Positions 42,957-56,217 of a stretch of 64,000 bases of DNA are shown here, piece after piece; position 1 is the stretch's first letter; every line of letters starts with the position of its first letter. Source of the DNA: Tubulanus polymorphus (taxonomy: Eukaryota > Animalia > Nemertea); NCBI RefSeq assembly GCF_964204645.1, contig NC_134026.1, positions 186,001-250,000 on the forward strand. The letters are read 5' to 3'. Made by a program: the position numbers and the translations under genes. The notes under the pieces were generated by a model. It ran no database searches. It saw only the letters and a list, made by a program, of their open reading frames with translations, and was not told the DNA's origin.

Positions 42957-45900
42957 TTGCGCTATGCTATGGTGATCGGAGGATTTTTTTTCTTATTTTA
43001 CTGACGCACAAACAAATCGTATTCGTCTTGGTCGAGATTCTCGCACGCCTCACACGTGTGTATAGACGCTGTACAGTAAATAAAACATCTAGGTTTTTCG
43101 CTTTGATCAAGAATTCACCGGTCTCTACAACACAGCCATCGCTTCTTCAATTTGCTCGCTCATACCTCTCGAATTAAGATCGTTCGACGAAGCGACGACG
43201 GCGAAATCAACTGTCGCTCGTTCTTCGACATGCGTTTACGATCTCGCCGGAAAATATAGGTTAATTAAAGAAACCGTATTATGTGACATCTCAGCGGTGT
43301 TCGTATAACACAAGTCACCACAGTGCATTGATTACCTGGCCGCAGCCTGTATCACTGTAGAGTGCAGTAGTCTCTGATCATTGATTATTACATGAATACC
43401 CCGAGCACGGATCCATACAATCGTGACCCCCAATTAATAAAACTAATATCATAATAAATTATCCACATACGCGCACTCGATAACGCGTGTCTGTTTAGTT
43501 AGTTTTGTTAATGTCGTGAGATGATCGCTGAAACGTGTAGGCCTAGGCCTAGTAAGCATGCATTCTCAGCTACGAAACTACATGAAGGATCTCAGACCTT
43601 TTGTAACACGGTTAATCGTTTGCCTTATTTGTACGGAACCTCGGGGTTTCCTCGTGTGTGTTTCTCTTACGAGATCTTACGCGGACCCAGTTTTTCTGTC
43701 CGAATGAAGCGTGTACCCAGTGACTGATTTTGCCATCGCTTGTTCGTATTTTTTCATGGAACGACACGTTTCCGGAAGAGTCTTACAAAACGGCATCTTT
43801 AGACAAAATTATATTTCCAAATACATCTTATCGCACGTATTATGTAACCTATATCATTCGAGGGCATGAAATCAATATCTTTCAGATAAGTACAGCCTAA
43901 CTAAAATCAATCACAAGACAATGGCACATTCCAAAAGATCCAATTCAATAATTTTTCAATCATCCGTCGTTGATCTATCGGTTCTGTTTCTATTATTTTG
44001 AATGACGTATCAGCTGTATGTAAGGCTTATGAAGTATAAACCCTTAAACACTCGTTAATTCTTCAATCGAATATAGGCCTACTCAACAGTTTTGCCAGAT
44101 GACGACAACTTTATTTTCCACGATCTCGAGAATCGACAACGAACCGAAATGAATTCGGAGTAACGTGATGTTTCGGCAAAAACAGTTCCAATGTATACAA
44201 CACTTAGAGCCCACTATGTAGAAATCAAAAGTATAAAAACGAAATTCGTTTTAGATGAAAAATTATGATTTATAAAGACAAGATATTTATGACTCACAGT
44301 CTTTTTGTGATGACGGCCTCAATGAGAGTCGTTGTACCTTTTCAAATTCTTTCAATTTTTATTTGGACATAGATACATGGGGTGGGTTTCGATGTATATT
44401 ATCTATTTCACCGCGTCACAGTTTACAGGCTATTGTACTGAGTTCATTAGTAAATGATCGGATGCATCTTCAATGAGGACAATCAGATTGTAGGCCCTAT
44501 TTTGCCCGGTGGAAGTTGGTAAATTGCATTCGGATAAGCAGTTAGTCAGTGTCACCAAATTACGCACCGTACGCGCAGTTGAATACAGCTGATGCAAAAA
44601 TCCGAGATTCACACTGCTGAACACACGAGACTCTGGAATCAGATCAGCGCTGATGTAAAAATAATCGGCATATAGCGCACGATAATCTTTAACGATTTTG
44701 AAAGGATGATGGACGACGTTACGAATTCAGCCATCAGTTTCTATATGATATATAGACTTCCCAAATCTACGACGTTATTGAAAAGAATATCGCACTGGTC
44801 ACGAAAAAGGTATAACATAGTTATAACATAGTAATCCAGTCGCTCAAACATAGCGTATTGGTGCAGTTTGTATATCGTTGTAGACGATTATTCATTTTTG
44901 ACAAAACGCAATCACGTTGTTTTTCCAACCGCCATTTATCAACTCAATCCATATTTCATATCTATAACAGCTCCGGCTTTCGGGGCATCTAAAAGAAAGA
45001 GCGGCAGCGACAAAAGACACTTTATGTCATCATTCATTAGAATTCCGCGATGGAGATGGCGCAGTATATAGAAGTCTGCGCTACGTACTAATTGGAATTA
45101 TGAAATTGACTAACGAGAATATTGAAAGTTGTTACAAAAAATTGGTCCCCGGATCGATAAAATGAAAAGAAATGTCGGCCTTGTAATAGCTAATGGATAG
45201 TAACCATGTCAAACTGTTTCTAACGATTCTAGGTCAACGTCCGCAATACGTATTAGATAAACGAGATATCAATTCAAATTCAATTATTCCACTCAAGTTC
45301 AATTGTCTTTGTGTTTTGCACCTGCGGATTATTTTCATTTATTAGTTGAATTATTGAAATATTTCCATCAAAATGTTTACCGTCGCGGAAATAACTATAA
45401 ATCTGCATATATAGAAATCATACGTCGTATATATTTGTATAGTATATCATTATTCCGATGCATTCCTGGTCGCTCCACGCATCGGCGAAGATCTGTCAGA
45501 TACCATTTATCTATAATAGAAAACCACTATGGAGGGGGAAACTATATCTTTCGACAGGAAAAGAAAGATATAAAGGAAACCACTCAATAACGTATCGCGT
45601 ATAGCGGGAATTCCTGGTATCAGGTTACAATGCACCGTGTAATGATGGCAACGTCGAGAAAAGATATATTCACATGAGAGAATAGCTTCTCACTTCTTCC
45701 GAAATGCATTCTTCTTGTCGTCGTTCTATGTAGAAGTAATGGAATTAATTTGCAGCTCAAGTTGCGACCATCGAAAAGAAGAAACAATTTTCGTGTTGGA
45801 ATCTATATGGCGACCTGTCACGGCGGTCGTATTTTGATAACACTCACTAATGGACTCTCAGTATAATGTCGTATGTTTACAGCTGTCGCGTTCTAAACAT

Positions 45901-46001
45901 GACTCCGGTGCTGCAGATCATGACGTTCTGTCCGATCAGATGGATTAAACGGACGGACGTAAACCCTCGGGTTTATATACATATATACAAATTGCATTCG
46001 G

Positions 46002-46145
46002 TAAAGCCGGACGGACAGGTCGGACTCGCCTCGCGACTGACAGCCACTCGTTGCGACGCGATTCTGCGCAAATACCCGTCGACCTGCGAGGCCATCTGCG
46101 ACCAGTTGCAACCGATTGCGTCGCACAGCCGACACACCCGCTTTA
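46002..46145. mobile_element. Degenerate MITE relic
   Basis: taaagccgg...cccgcttta ends with an internal GC-rich run of tgcgac/gtcgca motifs in both orientations. Confidence 0.4.
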
Positions 46146-46959
46146 AGGCCAAAATAATAGCTTTTTCAACGCTGTAAATCTATGAAATGCGTTAAAGAAA
46201 CGCGATTAGGATCGACATGTTGCTTTAACGACACGCAGTGTTAAATAATAGCTTGTTTTACAGCACGCATTCGTTTCACAATAATCTTCACGCATTTGTT
46301 GCATTTAATTGAATTGCGCAATATTTCGGTATAAATTCAATGCGATCTAAATGTCATTGCTGTTTGTAATCTTTCTAAAACTAATGCGTTTTTACGATGA
46401 TTCACGGGGAGGGGGTGTTAATTGTCTGGATGGGGGGGGGGGGTGATGTTAACCGTCTGGTAAAGTTCATGTAATGATTGGTATGAGTTGAGAATGAGAC
46501 CTCAGGTCATCAGGAGGTGTGGCTGACTGGGATCCCTTGATAAATAGATCTCGTTTTTTATCTTATCGTTTCCACCGTGGAACTGGTGCTGGACTTAGTT
46601 CTGCAGTTATGCGTTCAACAATTTGAACTCAGTCTCAAAACATCGAAAATGCTCTGATATCAACTCAAACTTTGCTCTAACTATGATAGACGTTCTGGTC
46701 GGTTTGTTCCGTCACTGGTTTTTCATTAACAGAATGAGATTATAAACAGTATACATTAATATATCTATTCATTTCGTAATGAATTGATCGATATTTGATT
46801 GTTTTCATAATAGCGCCTGTCTCTCCCTCTTCTCGCGTCGATTGCCTTTAGCGCGCATCTGTTCGTCACGTGACACAATATGTATATGCATGTGTTTGTT
46901 TTCAATAGTTTAGATCCCGGGGATTTTCCAACCAGCGCGGTAGGTTTGTTTTGTTCCTT

Positions 46960-47141
46960 CTGTTATTGTGGTGTTTGTTTATTTTTCACATTCGGGCCCT
47001 GGTTTCACAAGACTGGATCTAACCTGACGACGGGGCCACGGCCTTCGAAGGGTTGTCCGCACACTGTTAACAGCGAGCAGGATTCGAACCCGCTCGTCAC
47101 ATCAGCGCTGATACCGAATCACGCCTTATCCCACTGAGCTA
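46960..47141 (-). mobile_element. tRNA-derived SINE
   Basis: Minus strand: A-box TAGCTCAGTGG (47141-47131) then GATAAGGCG, B-box GGTTCGAATCC (47090-47080), a body, and an A/C-rich tail; no acceptor stem. The 3' boundary is approximate. Confidence 0.7.
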
Positions 47142-50100
47142 GTTTTTTCGTTTCGTAAATTTTGATTCGTTAATGGAGAAAAGATTTTTTTTTAAATTTC
47201 GTATCAGATTTATGATCCATAGCGCGCTTGCAGCAGTTTTTCTTCGTCTGAATAATTACGCTATATGACGTCTCCTTACATGAACTAATTCCATCTCGCA
47301 GCTAGAAAATTCCATCACCGAGATCTGGCCTTAATCGACTTAATAAACCACTAATCCTCCATCAGACAGATATTAATCGTCTCCTGGTGACTTTGTCACA
47401 TTGTGTGCGGCTTTATCGCGATGTATTGAGCTAATCTGTATCGCTCGGTTTTGTATCATTCAATCTGCTTGTAAATAGATGAATTCAATTCGCTGTGACC
47501 CGCCATGATTTATACAGGTATTAATCTCCGGCCCGGGACACCAACCCTTCGGGAAATTTACCATTGTAAAGCGATCATTTTTTCGATGATAGATTGCCTG
47601 ATGTAAAATTTTTGTAATCCATTTGTTTTTTAGTAATTTTCGATATGAAAAAGTTTAAAAAACCTAAAATTTTAGAATTGGGGTAAAATCTCGTGTACAA
47701 AATAGGAACAGATGCCAGAGGTCGAGTCCTGAACACAATTCAGACAACAGGATGGTGACATTTGCAACTAAAAGCTGAACAGATTTATACGTATGTCTAA
47801 AAGCTGGTTCCAGTCAGCTCTGTTTATACTGCAGATGAAACACTCTACGCGTGGTTATAATGACACCATAAGTCTTACGTCAATAGAAAAACTAGTGCGA
47901 ATTCATTCTTTTGTTCAATTCTTTTGTTTAATTCATTCTTTTAAACGCGAAAGAAACTTTTCGGACTCGTTTTTTTCTTCTATATCGGTAGACACCCCCT
48001 TTCATAGTCATTGTCATAAAACACTTGTGACTTTTCGGCATATGACATTATTGTCACAGTCATTGAATATGTAGGTATATATAGAGACCAGCTGTTCTCT
48101 CTTGATTGCTAATGTGAATGTTACCACTTTGAAAAAAATATATATAGATCGAAGATAGAAACGGCGCAGATAGAGCTTCGCACTTCAAAACAGGTGAAAT
48201 CATCGACACATTGTATACATAACGATAGATATCAATAACGGAATCTGGTTCTTTCATCCGTATCGGCAGTTTGTCGCGTGTCGCGCCACTGGGGACTGGT
48301 TACAGCGTTTATCCAGCCATAAAACACCCCGACTCATATTCATGTATAAAGACGACGTAAAAATCAGCTAAATGCTTCTATTCATTGTTCCCCCTATCAT
48401 TTACGTTGTCAATTCACATCATGGACACCCATTATCAAGAGTAATCAAGCACACGTTCTCCACCAAATGTGTTTATCGCTGGGGACTTTTTATTCCGTCA
48501 CAGTACTGTAGATCTTCACTGCCACACTTGACGTGAGTCGCATGCGAATAACTTCAAACGACCTGCCGGGTATGAAGAGTGGCCAATTGAAGAGATTTTT
48601 GGCGTTAAGTTCTTACCCATAATTTCTGTAAGATCTTTCCATCCGAACTAACAAACTAAATAGCGTGAATTTCTACCGTTCTCGATCTGATAATTCAAAC
48701 ACAGCCTGTTCAGCGGGCCGTGAACATCTAACACGTGGAATACTTATCGAAGGGAGCTGTTTTATCCTCTTTTGATATTCGAAAAATGCTTCGATATAAA
48801 TACATGATGAGATATATGATATTTTTCAAGTAGGGCGGATCAGTGCTTTAAACTTAAAAGGTATATCAGATATCGTCTGGCCTGAATCTAGTTCATCGAC
48901 TAATGTTTTTGTTGTTACGAGTAAAACTCATCGCCATCACATCGAAAATTTTCGAAGAATCAATATTTCGATTTTAAAAAAGTAGTTGTAACCGCGGCCG
49001 CTTCGAGTTACTGTATTAACTTCTAATGGAAATATCGGAAACATTTTACTTTCAAATGAAATTAATGAATTTCACCGACTCAGTGTCGATTGAAAGGCGC
49101 TTCTTTGTCAGTCTATACTCTCATTCTCCACCGGTTGACGTTTATTAAATTTCGCCACGAGATGCCGTCGATTTTAATGTTCTGATGGCGTAATTTGATT
49201 CCACATTTTACGCGCAGTTTGAACTGGTAATTTTAATGTAACATCCGATCAGGTCTCGCCACCGGTTTAGGAAGTAAAGCTTTTAACTCGTTATGATATA
49301 ATTCCACGAGACGATATTTTATTTTTCCAGGAAATCGAAAGGAAAAATATGAGAACAATTCGGTTTCGATTGTATTCGTGTTCTAAGCAGTCGCAGAGTT
49401 TGGAAAAAATGAAACACAATTTTTACCCGGTTATCAATCACTAGAAAGTCATTCGGCATATTTTAGAAATCTCCTCGACCCGACTTTTCCGTTACCCTAA
49501 ATTTCATGTTTTATTGACACACGATTTCTTTATATCACGGTATATCACGGTATTAGAAGTAATACACCCGGTGTCACAGCTGACACAGAGTCTGGAGACT
49601 GGTGTACAAGTCTCTAAAACGTATTAAAATGCCCATATCTGAATAAACTACTTATAATGCTTAACAATCTTCAGGGTAAGGTTTTCTACCTAAAGATGCG
49701 GTGCATCACTCACCCATGAATTTCAAATACATCGTCACGCTTATATGCCTCCAAAATGTGCCTTTGCATCATTAAGATACCTGTCTTGATATGTGCCATA
49801 AGACCTTCAAATGAAGGCCATCGATCGACCCCACTATATTACGACACGAAGGAGAATGATTACATTGACGCCTTGTTTCTACTATTGCTACACGATTAGA
49901 CATTTGACATCGTTTATCGAATACCAGCTGTGCAACTAATAAACCCCTAATGACATTCATCGATTTAATGAAATACTTTTCAATGTTTTGCTCTCAAAGA
50001 AAGCATTAATGTGCATCGAGTTTATTTTTACGGATTAGATTTCTACTTCGACCGTCTCGTCACTTTCATTGCGAGATATGTCAAACCAACCATACGATAT

Positions 50101-51916
50101 TGTATGTTTATAGATTCAGTGTCGATTTACCACCGGTTACCACCAGCACCAAATCGCTGAACATTCCTCGATGTGTATGAGTATTTACAATCATATGAAC
50201 TTAGTAAAAAGCCGCACATTAATTAAATAAACTCGATAACAAAGGATTCATGTTTTCATGAGAATACAACAACATTTGTGAGGGTTTTTCAAGGATCTCT
50301 CGCAATTCTCATCTCTCCCTTTCATTAAGTTTTGATATTTTATAGATGACTAATGTAACAAAACCAGAAGGATTTATTCGAACATGTGTAGCATTAACCG
50401 CTTTATTTGGTTCACCAGAACCTAGTATCTATCATAGTCCGTCCATAATCTGCTCCTCGACAACGTGGTGACGGTTTAATTGATCAGATCATTATTCCAT
50501 CGTTTGTATCGTGGAGTAAACATAAGAAATTCGAGAGGAAACGTACCAGCTACAAACTTATCTAATTCAATCTTTGGCGACTTTCGAATTTGTTTTTCCT
50601 ATTTCATTCGCAGAATATCTGTTTACAGCTATTTTCTTACAGCTTAAATTCACCCGTAACAGAATCAGCCGTTAATAAACGTATTTATTGTACGCAGCAT
50701 CACTAATCGTTAATATATATTTATCACGTAGTATCGTTCCTTTTACCGAGAGCTCACTATATTTATTTGAGTGATTGTTTTCGGCCCCTGGAGTACGATA
50801 CATGCATTTATGAAAGATAAAACCGACGTGATAGAAGCACACTCACAGACACGCGTATATATGATTTTATGGCGTCGGTTATGTCCAATAAATGGCCGAT
50901 GCAATCTGCAATCCCGGTAAATGGCTGGAATAGTTACCCAACCAGATACGTAAATATGGCCTGCGCGCTACTCGGTCATTTATCACTGTGGTCATCAGAA
51001 ATTAGATTTATTTTCTGACTTACTTTTGATGCCAGTATGTGAATCTAGGAAGGGACACCTTTAAAACAGGGGATTCACTATCAATGATCAGTTCGGGCGG
51101 TTCCCCCCAGAATGACCCCCACAAGATGCATTTTGGTAGAATTTCGATGCGTTGCGCTGGATTGCGATAAGGCGCTGTTGGTTATGACTTTGTTCTGACC
51201 CTTTCAGGGGTGCCCCCCATAGACCCCCCCCTTAATCCACTGCTGGTTGCGTTACGTTTCACATACGGTAACAGTTCATTTAAGTTTCATCAGTTATTGT
51301 TAAGTCTTATTACGAAACGAGTTTCTATAAAGCGTCATTCGTTCATCCAAAACACTCGACACTTATATATTTTTAAAGTACTCTCATAAATTAACTACAT
51401 TCGATAATTTACTTGATACAGTTATTTGTTTTTACGCCAATGAATTATTGAGTATTCTACCGATCGTAAAAGGAGAAATGTTCGGTTGACATCGGGTCGC
51501 CGATATTTCGCAGACAACCTGCACTTATAGGGAAATGGCGGTTTTCGGTTACGGGAAAGAACACCCATCATGCAACATAGAAAATATCGATCTTTATAAG
51601 CTTGAGATATCCGTTTCATGTATTCTTTTACATATGGCTGTATGCGCACAATTATCTTTTTAATAAAAAAAAAATGTAAGCCTACGTTCGTGCGATCATT
51701 AAATATTTTTAGTCACGGCAGCCTATGGCAAGTGACACATGTAAAGTAAAATCAATGAAATCTGTACATCTGGTTTATAAAGAGAATCGCGACAACAGAA
51801 ATAATTACTCCATAATCAGAAGAATAAGCGATGATTTTATAACGAATCGGATTAATACGGAACTTCCTTATTAAAGCGCGTATAGTTAATGTGGAAATCA
51901 TTGGGTGCGAAAACGG

Positions 51917-52045
51917 CAATTGTCGTCAGGTTCTCGTGATTGACGTCCAATTGTCGTCAGGTTCTCGTGATTGACGTCCAATTGTCGTCAGGTTCTCGTG
52001 ATTGACGTCCAATTGTCGTCAGGTTCTCGTGATTGACATCCAATT
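51917..52045. repeat. 31-bp minisatellite x4
   Basis: caattgtcgtcaggttctcgtgattgacgtc. Confidence 0.93.
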
Positions 52046-52808
52046 TCGTTTGAAACGCAAAACGAACTGTATAATTATATAATGCATTTTGTAACTGTAT
52101 ATAATGGAATAAATCAATTCCGCGTCCGACATCTCTCTCTCTCTCCCTCCTCACAGCCACACTTCAAAAATGAAAATACCGTTTTTACGCATGCGCAGAC
52201 CGGTTTTATCGATGATTACCATATCCCGCTGGACCGAACGTTTTACGTCCTGTGATTTCTCGAGGGACAGGTCGTAGCCAGCTGTCACTTTGAGTAGCGA
52301 TAGTTTCCCGAGAATCCGGCGTCAATTCACGCCTGCCAATGTCCCCAGTAACGCTGTGAGAATCGAGAATGATTGTTTTTTTTATAATTAGATGCTTATT
52401 CCATCGCAGATTTCATTCGCAATAAACGCGTGAAAAACTATTCGCTTCCAATATAGTACACAGAGTCGGATCTATGAATATTTTGTTAAGGGACCCAACC
52501 AAAAAGGAAGGGTTTTCATTTACCGAATAAAACAGCAGGATACCGTTAGCAACAAACAGACTTTGGCGGAAACTGTCTAAACAAAAGGGTGATCTCGGTT
52601 GGTAGGCAGATTCCCAAACAACCTAACGATCTACCAGCTGCGAGATCGAACGAATTATATTTCTTTAAATCGTTGAAATGTATAGAATAAATTGATGTAT
52701 TGCAGTTGGCTATTCTCATTTCAGGAACACTGACTCAGTCGGCTGCGGTCTGTTCGAATCGTAGGCGGCGTTGATTGTCTAATTTCAGACGAAAATAACT
52801 TATGCGCA

Positions 52809-52833
52809 TTTTCTTTCTTTTTTACTTTTGCAG
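52809..52833 (+). promoter_or_regulatory. Splice acceptor opening the receptor's coding exon
   Basis: Long polypyrimidine tract ttttctttctttttTACTTTTGCAG ending 266 nt before the ATG; CTAAT branch-like motif near 52779. Confidence 0.7.
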
Positions 52834-53099
52834 ACTCCTTAATGAAGCAACTTAACGAAGAAAATGGGCACTTTGGGAGACAATCGTATCGGCTTTATAT
52901 GCTCGCCTAAATCCGTCATCGTATGGATGTGATTAGTGTCTGAGACACTGAAGCGACTGTTTCTTTTTTCAACTCGCCCACAAGACGAATACATATTTAT
53001 AGGCAGCTTAACGCGACAACCGGCGTTTTCTGTATTCGACCAATAAATCAGGGAATTAGCATCTGGATTTATCCTTAAGTGGATGTATGGAGCAGCCAC

Positions 53100-54485
53100 A
53101 TGTCGGTTTTACCAACTGACGGATTATACAATTACTCTCATCCGCATCTTACACAGATAGACCTAGGAAGCAGTAATTACACGTACGATGCTTCGGGCGA
53201 TGATCCTCTTATCGACGCGGATTCGAACCTCACCGACGCGTTCGACTCGAGAGCGCGCCGCGGTTTACCGATCGGCGAAGCGGTCGTATCGGCCGTTTTC
53301 CTTTTCATTTTCATCATCATCACAATTATCGGTAATATACTGGTAATACTGTCGGTGTTCACTTACAGACCGTTGAAGAACGTTCAGAACTTTTTTATCG
53401 TATCACTCGCATGCGCAGACCTGGCTGTCGCTATTCTAGTGATGCCGTTTAATATTATTAATTTCATACTTGAATACTGGATATTCGGTAACGTTTTCTG
53501 CAATGTTTGGTTGACTTGTGACGTGCTCTGCTGCACGGCGTCCATTTTGAATTTATGTGCCATCGCCACTGATCGCTATTGGGCAATCCATGACCCTATA
53601 AACTATGCCAACAAACGAACGCTTAAACGAGTGTTGATAATGATAGCGTTAGTGTGGGGAGTTAGCGCGGTTATATCAATTCCACCCTTAGTCGGCTGGA
53701 ATAACTGGGATAAGAATACCGGTGATAAAATGACATGCGCGTTAACGGACGAGAAAGGCTACGTCATCTATTCCGCTTCCGGCTCGTTTTTTATTCCGTT
53801 ATTAATAATGTCGTTCGTTTATCTAAAGATTTTTCTGGCCACCAGGCGGCGCTTGCGCGAACGGGCAAAACGGTCAGCGGCGGTGAACGTGATGGTTCGA
53901 CATATCGACACTAATTATACCAATAACGCATGCACAAAACAGACAGCGATAGAACCAGTGGACGCCAGCTCTTCGGATACTCCTGATGACGTCGTATTGG
54001 CCGTCGACGAATCGAACAATATTCTACAAAAATCGAACAATGATTCGACGCATAATCACAACAACAAATCACAACATCATTCAGCGAATCGTGGTCCCCA
54101 CCATCATCACACCCCGAACAAAGCGACAAACGACGCCCGAGCTCCGTTAACTAAACAAAACAATTCATCTCGTAATAAGGGAAATAACGTGACTCAGTTT
54201 TACGAAGAAAAGCAACGTATTTCGCTATCGAAAGAGCGACGGGCCGCTCGAACGCTGGGTATAATCATGGGAGTGTTCTGTTTGTGTTGGCTTCCTTTCT
54301 TTCTAATGTACGTCATTTTACCGTTTTGCAGTAGTTGTCAAAGAATGGACGTGCGAGCTGAGAATTTCATCGTGTGGCTAGGCTACGTGAACTCTGGTTT
54401 AAACCCAGTTATTTATACCGTTTTCAATATAGACTTCAGACGCGCGTTCAAACGTCTGTTAACCGGCAAAGCGATAAGAAGGTGA
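53100..54485 (+). CDS. TAR1: Tyramine receptor type 1 (TAR1 / Oct-TyrR-like) biogenic amine GPCR, single coding exon, 461 aa
   Basis: Seven hydrophobic segments with TM1 GN, TM2 SLACAD, TM3 amine-binding Asp in CDVLCCTAS, DRY, TM5 YSASGSFFIP, TM6 CWLPFF, TM7 NPVIY and N-terminal NxS/T sites (NYS, NYT, NLT). Motifs DPINYA.KRT, ATRRRLRERA and QF.EEKQ.ISLSKERRAARTLGIIMGVF match my recollection of the insect Oct-TyrR/TAR1 family. The track start at 53079 is a GTG right after an in-frame TAA; the first in-frame ATG is 53100. Confidence 0.93.
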   Translation: MSVLPTDGLYNYSHPHLTQIDLGSSNYTYDASGDDPLIDADSNLTDAFDSRARRGLPIGEAVVSAVFLFIFIIITIIGNILVILSVFTYRPLKNVQNFFIVSLACADLAVAILVMPFNIINFILEYWIFGNVFCNVWLTCDVLCCTASILNLCAIATDRYWAIHDPINYANKRTLKRVLIMIALVWGVSAVISIPPLVGWNNWDKNTGDKMTCALTDEKGYVIYSASGSFFIPLLIMSFVYLKIFLATRRRLRERAKRSAAVNVMVRHIDTNYTNNACTKQTAIEPVDASSSDTPDDVVLAVDESNNILQKSNNDSTHNHNNKSQHHSANRGPHHHHTPNKATNDARAPLTKQNNSSRNKGNNVTQFYEEKQRISLSKERRAARTLGIIMGVFCLCWLPFFLMYVILPFCSSCQRMDVRAENFIVWLGYVNSGLNPVIYTVFNIDFRRAFKRLLTGKAIRR

Positions 54486-55279
54486 TCTCATCACCTACGT
54501 CACCAATGACGAAGCGCTTTGTCCGTGTTTGTAACGTACCGTATAGAAAATCCCTCGCTCAGAAATGAACGAAAAGGTTTCGTTTAGATTATTTTCGACG
54601 TTTCGACTAAATCCTAAATTTAAAGTCGTCTTAACGAATGTGGATGTCAAGACAAAATTATGAAATATATGGAAATATAATCCTGAAAAAAACATACTAA
54701 TTAGGTTAAAATGTGACGTAAACAAGGGTTTATAGACAACATCAAGTCAAAAATAGATTAACTCCAAATACATCATAAACTAAAGGAAATATTTGAAACC
54801 TTGTTATTCATTGTGAATGTGAGATTTTCTGTATCGTATCTCTGGAAACCGCGCGGGCTTCGATGTGATATCAATATAGCAAAACATTTTACTAAACGGA
54901 AATAACGCATTACTTCCAAGCGGAGACGCGCTGATCAGCAGCTGGGCAACATCTGACGTTTGAATTATAAGATTGGAACCCGCTATACATAAATCTAAAC
55001 GATTAAAAGCGAAATATATCCATTAGAAATTATATTCAGAAGACAAGAAGTTTCTGAGATCGTCAAATAACCGAAACAGGGGGTAAAGTCGCTCCGCTAT
55101 ATTCTCATAGTCAGTACTCATAATTCTCTTTTTTCGAAGTACATGTTTCAGAAAGAATTTACTCAATTAACCAGTTCTTACCTGTACATTGACCTCTTGT
55201 TTTAGTTAGATATTCACATCCGGTCAATGGTTTCTAGAACAGTCTAAAACGTTGTGTCTTTTAATATTAATCTTTGATG

Positions 55280-56135
55280 AATAAATTACGTTTTGAATCT
55301 GTTGTATTTGTATGTATGGTGGGTTTGAATCTGCGCATGTCTGAGTGTATACGGGATATTCTACCGAATGTTGCATTTCATTGTAAATACGGCGCCAAAA
55401 ATAACACGGCGTTTTATCAGCATTTTTTTAATCAACGTTAATATAATCTCGGCCGAAAATCAGCAATGTTTCACTGACACCGGATTCAGTGATATTATCG
55501 GTATTTACTTACTGGCGATCCTCGAGTAAACACAAGTAGAAAACGTTTTGTGTTTTATGTAGGCGTCATTTTCCCCCTTCTTATCCTAGCGCTAGAACGT
55601 CACCTACTGTTATACTGTCTACCGTCATTACCTGTAAATAATTAATTAACACTCACGCCTTTGTGAGACTGGTGTCAGTTTTCCTGTAACCTCTCTAGTT
55701 TTTCTCTCATCTTCAAATTTTAAATGGAATTTCAACATCATATTTCGCCGGTATAAATCGAAAATAAAGTGTCGGTTTTCATATTTTATTTCATAATTTT
55801 AATTTCTCTTTGTCATGATTATATATTATATATAGAACTGCGAAGCGATAACCTTGACATTGTTCTATAGTAATAATAAAATCGGGGGTGGTTTCGTGAC
55901 TAATTCAATCCAAGTCGCTCCATTTTCCACGACGATTTTAATGACAACTTGGTTTTGATATTCGCTAATTGGACTGTCAACTGTTTTCTATTCCGAATAA
56001 TATTCTTAATCTAATTTATTTTGCGAAGTTGTGTTTCTAATGTTAAGTCATTAATTCGTGTATACGGCTTGTTATCACAAAATAAAAAATCTCGTTATAA
56101 AATGTTTTGATAAGAAACAAGTTTTTTCCTTGTAT
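55280..56135 (+). terminator. Candidate polyadenylation signals of the receptor 3'UTR
   Basis: AATAAA at 55280, 55763, 55875 and 56081; the last is followed by T/GT-rich sequence (tgttttga, gttttttccttgt). Which site is used is unknown. Confidence 0.4.
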
Positions 56136-56217
56136 AAATTATGGTCATTTCGAATTTCTGTCTTCTATGCGCGAATCGAAAATATTTGAGTGCGGTATCA
56201 ATAGTGTAGAGAAATTC

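Noticed and set aside
47075-47145. Functional tRNA gene
   Set aside because: A and B boxes are present, but there is no acceptor stem or convincing anticodon arm; treated as a SINE head.
53079-53099. N-terminal extension from the GTG start in the ORF track
   Set aside because: Non-ATG start directly after a stop codon; ATG 53100 is the parsimonious start.
54483-54509. Stop-codon readthrough of the receptor
   Set aside because: TGA-TCT is not the TGA-CTA readthrough context, and another in-frame TGA follows after seven codons.
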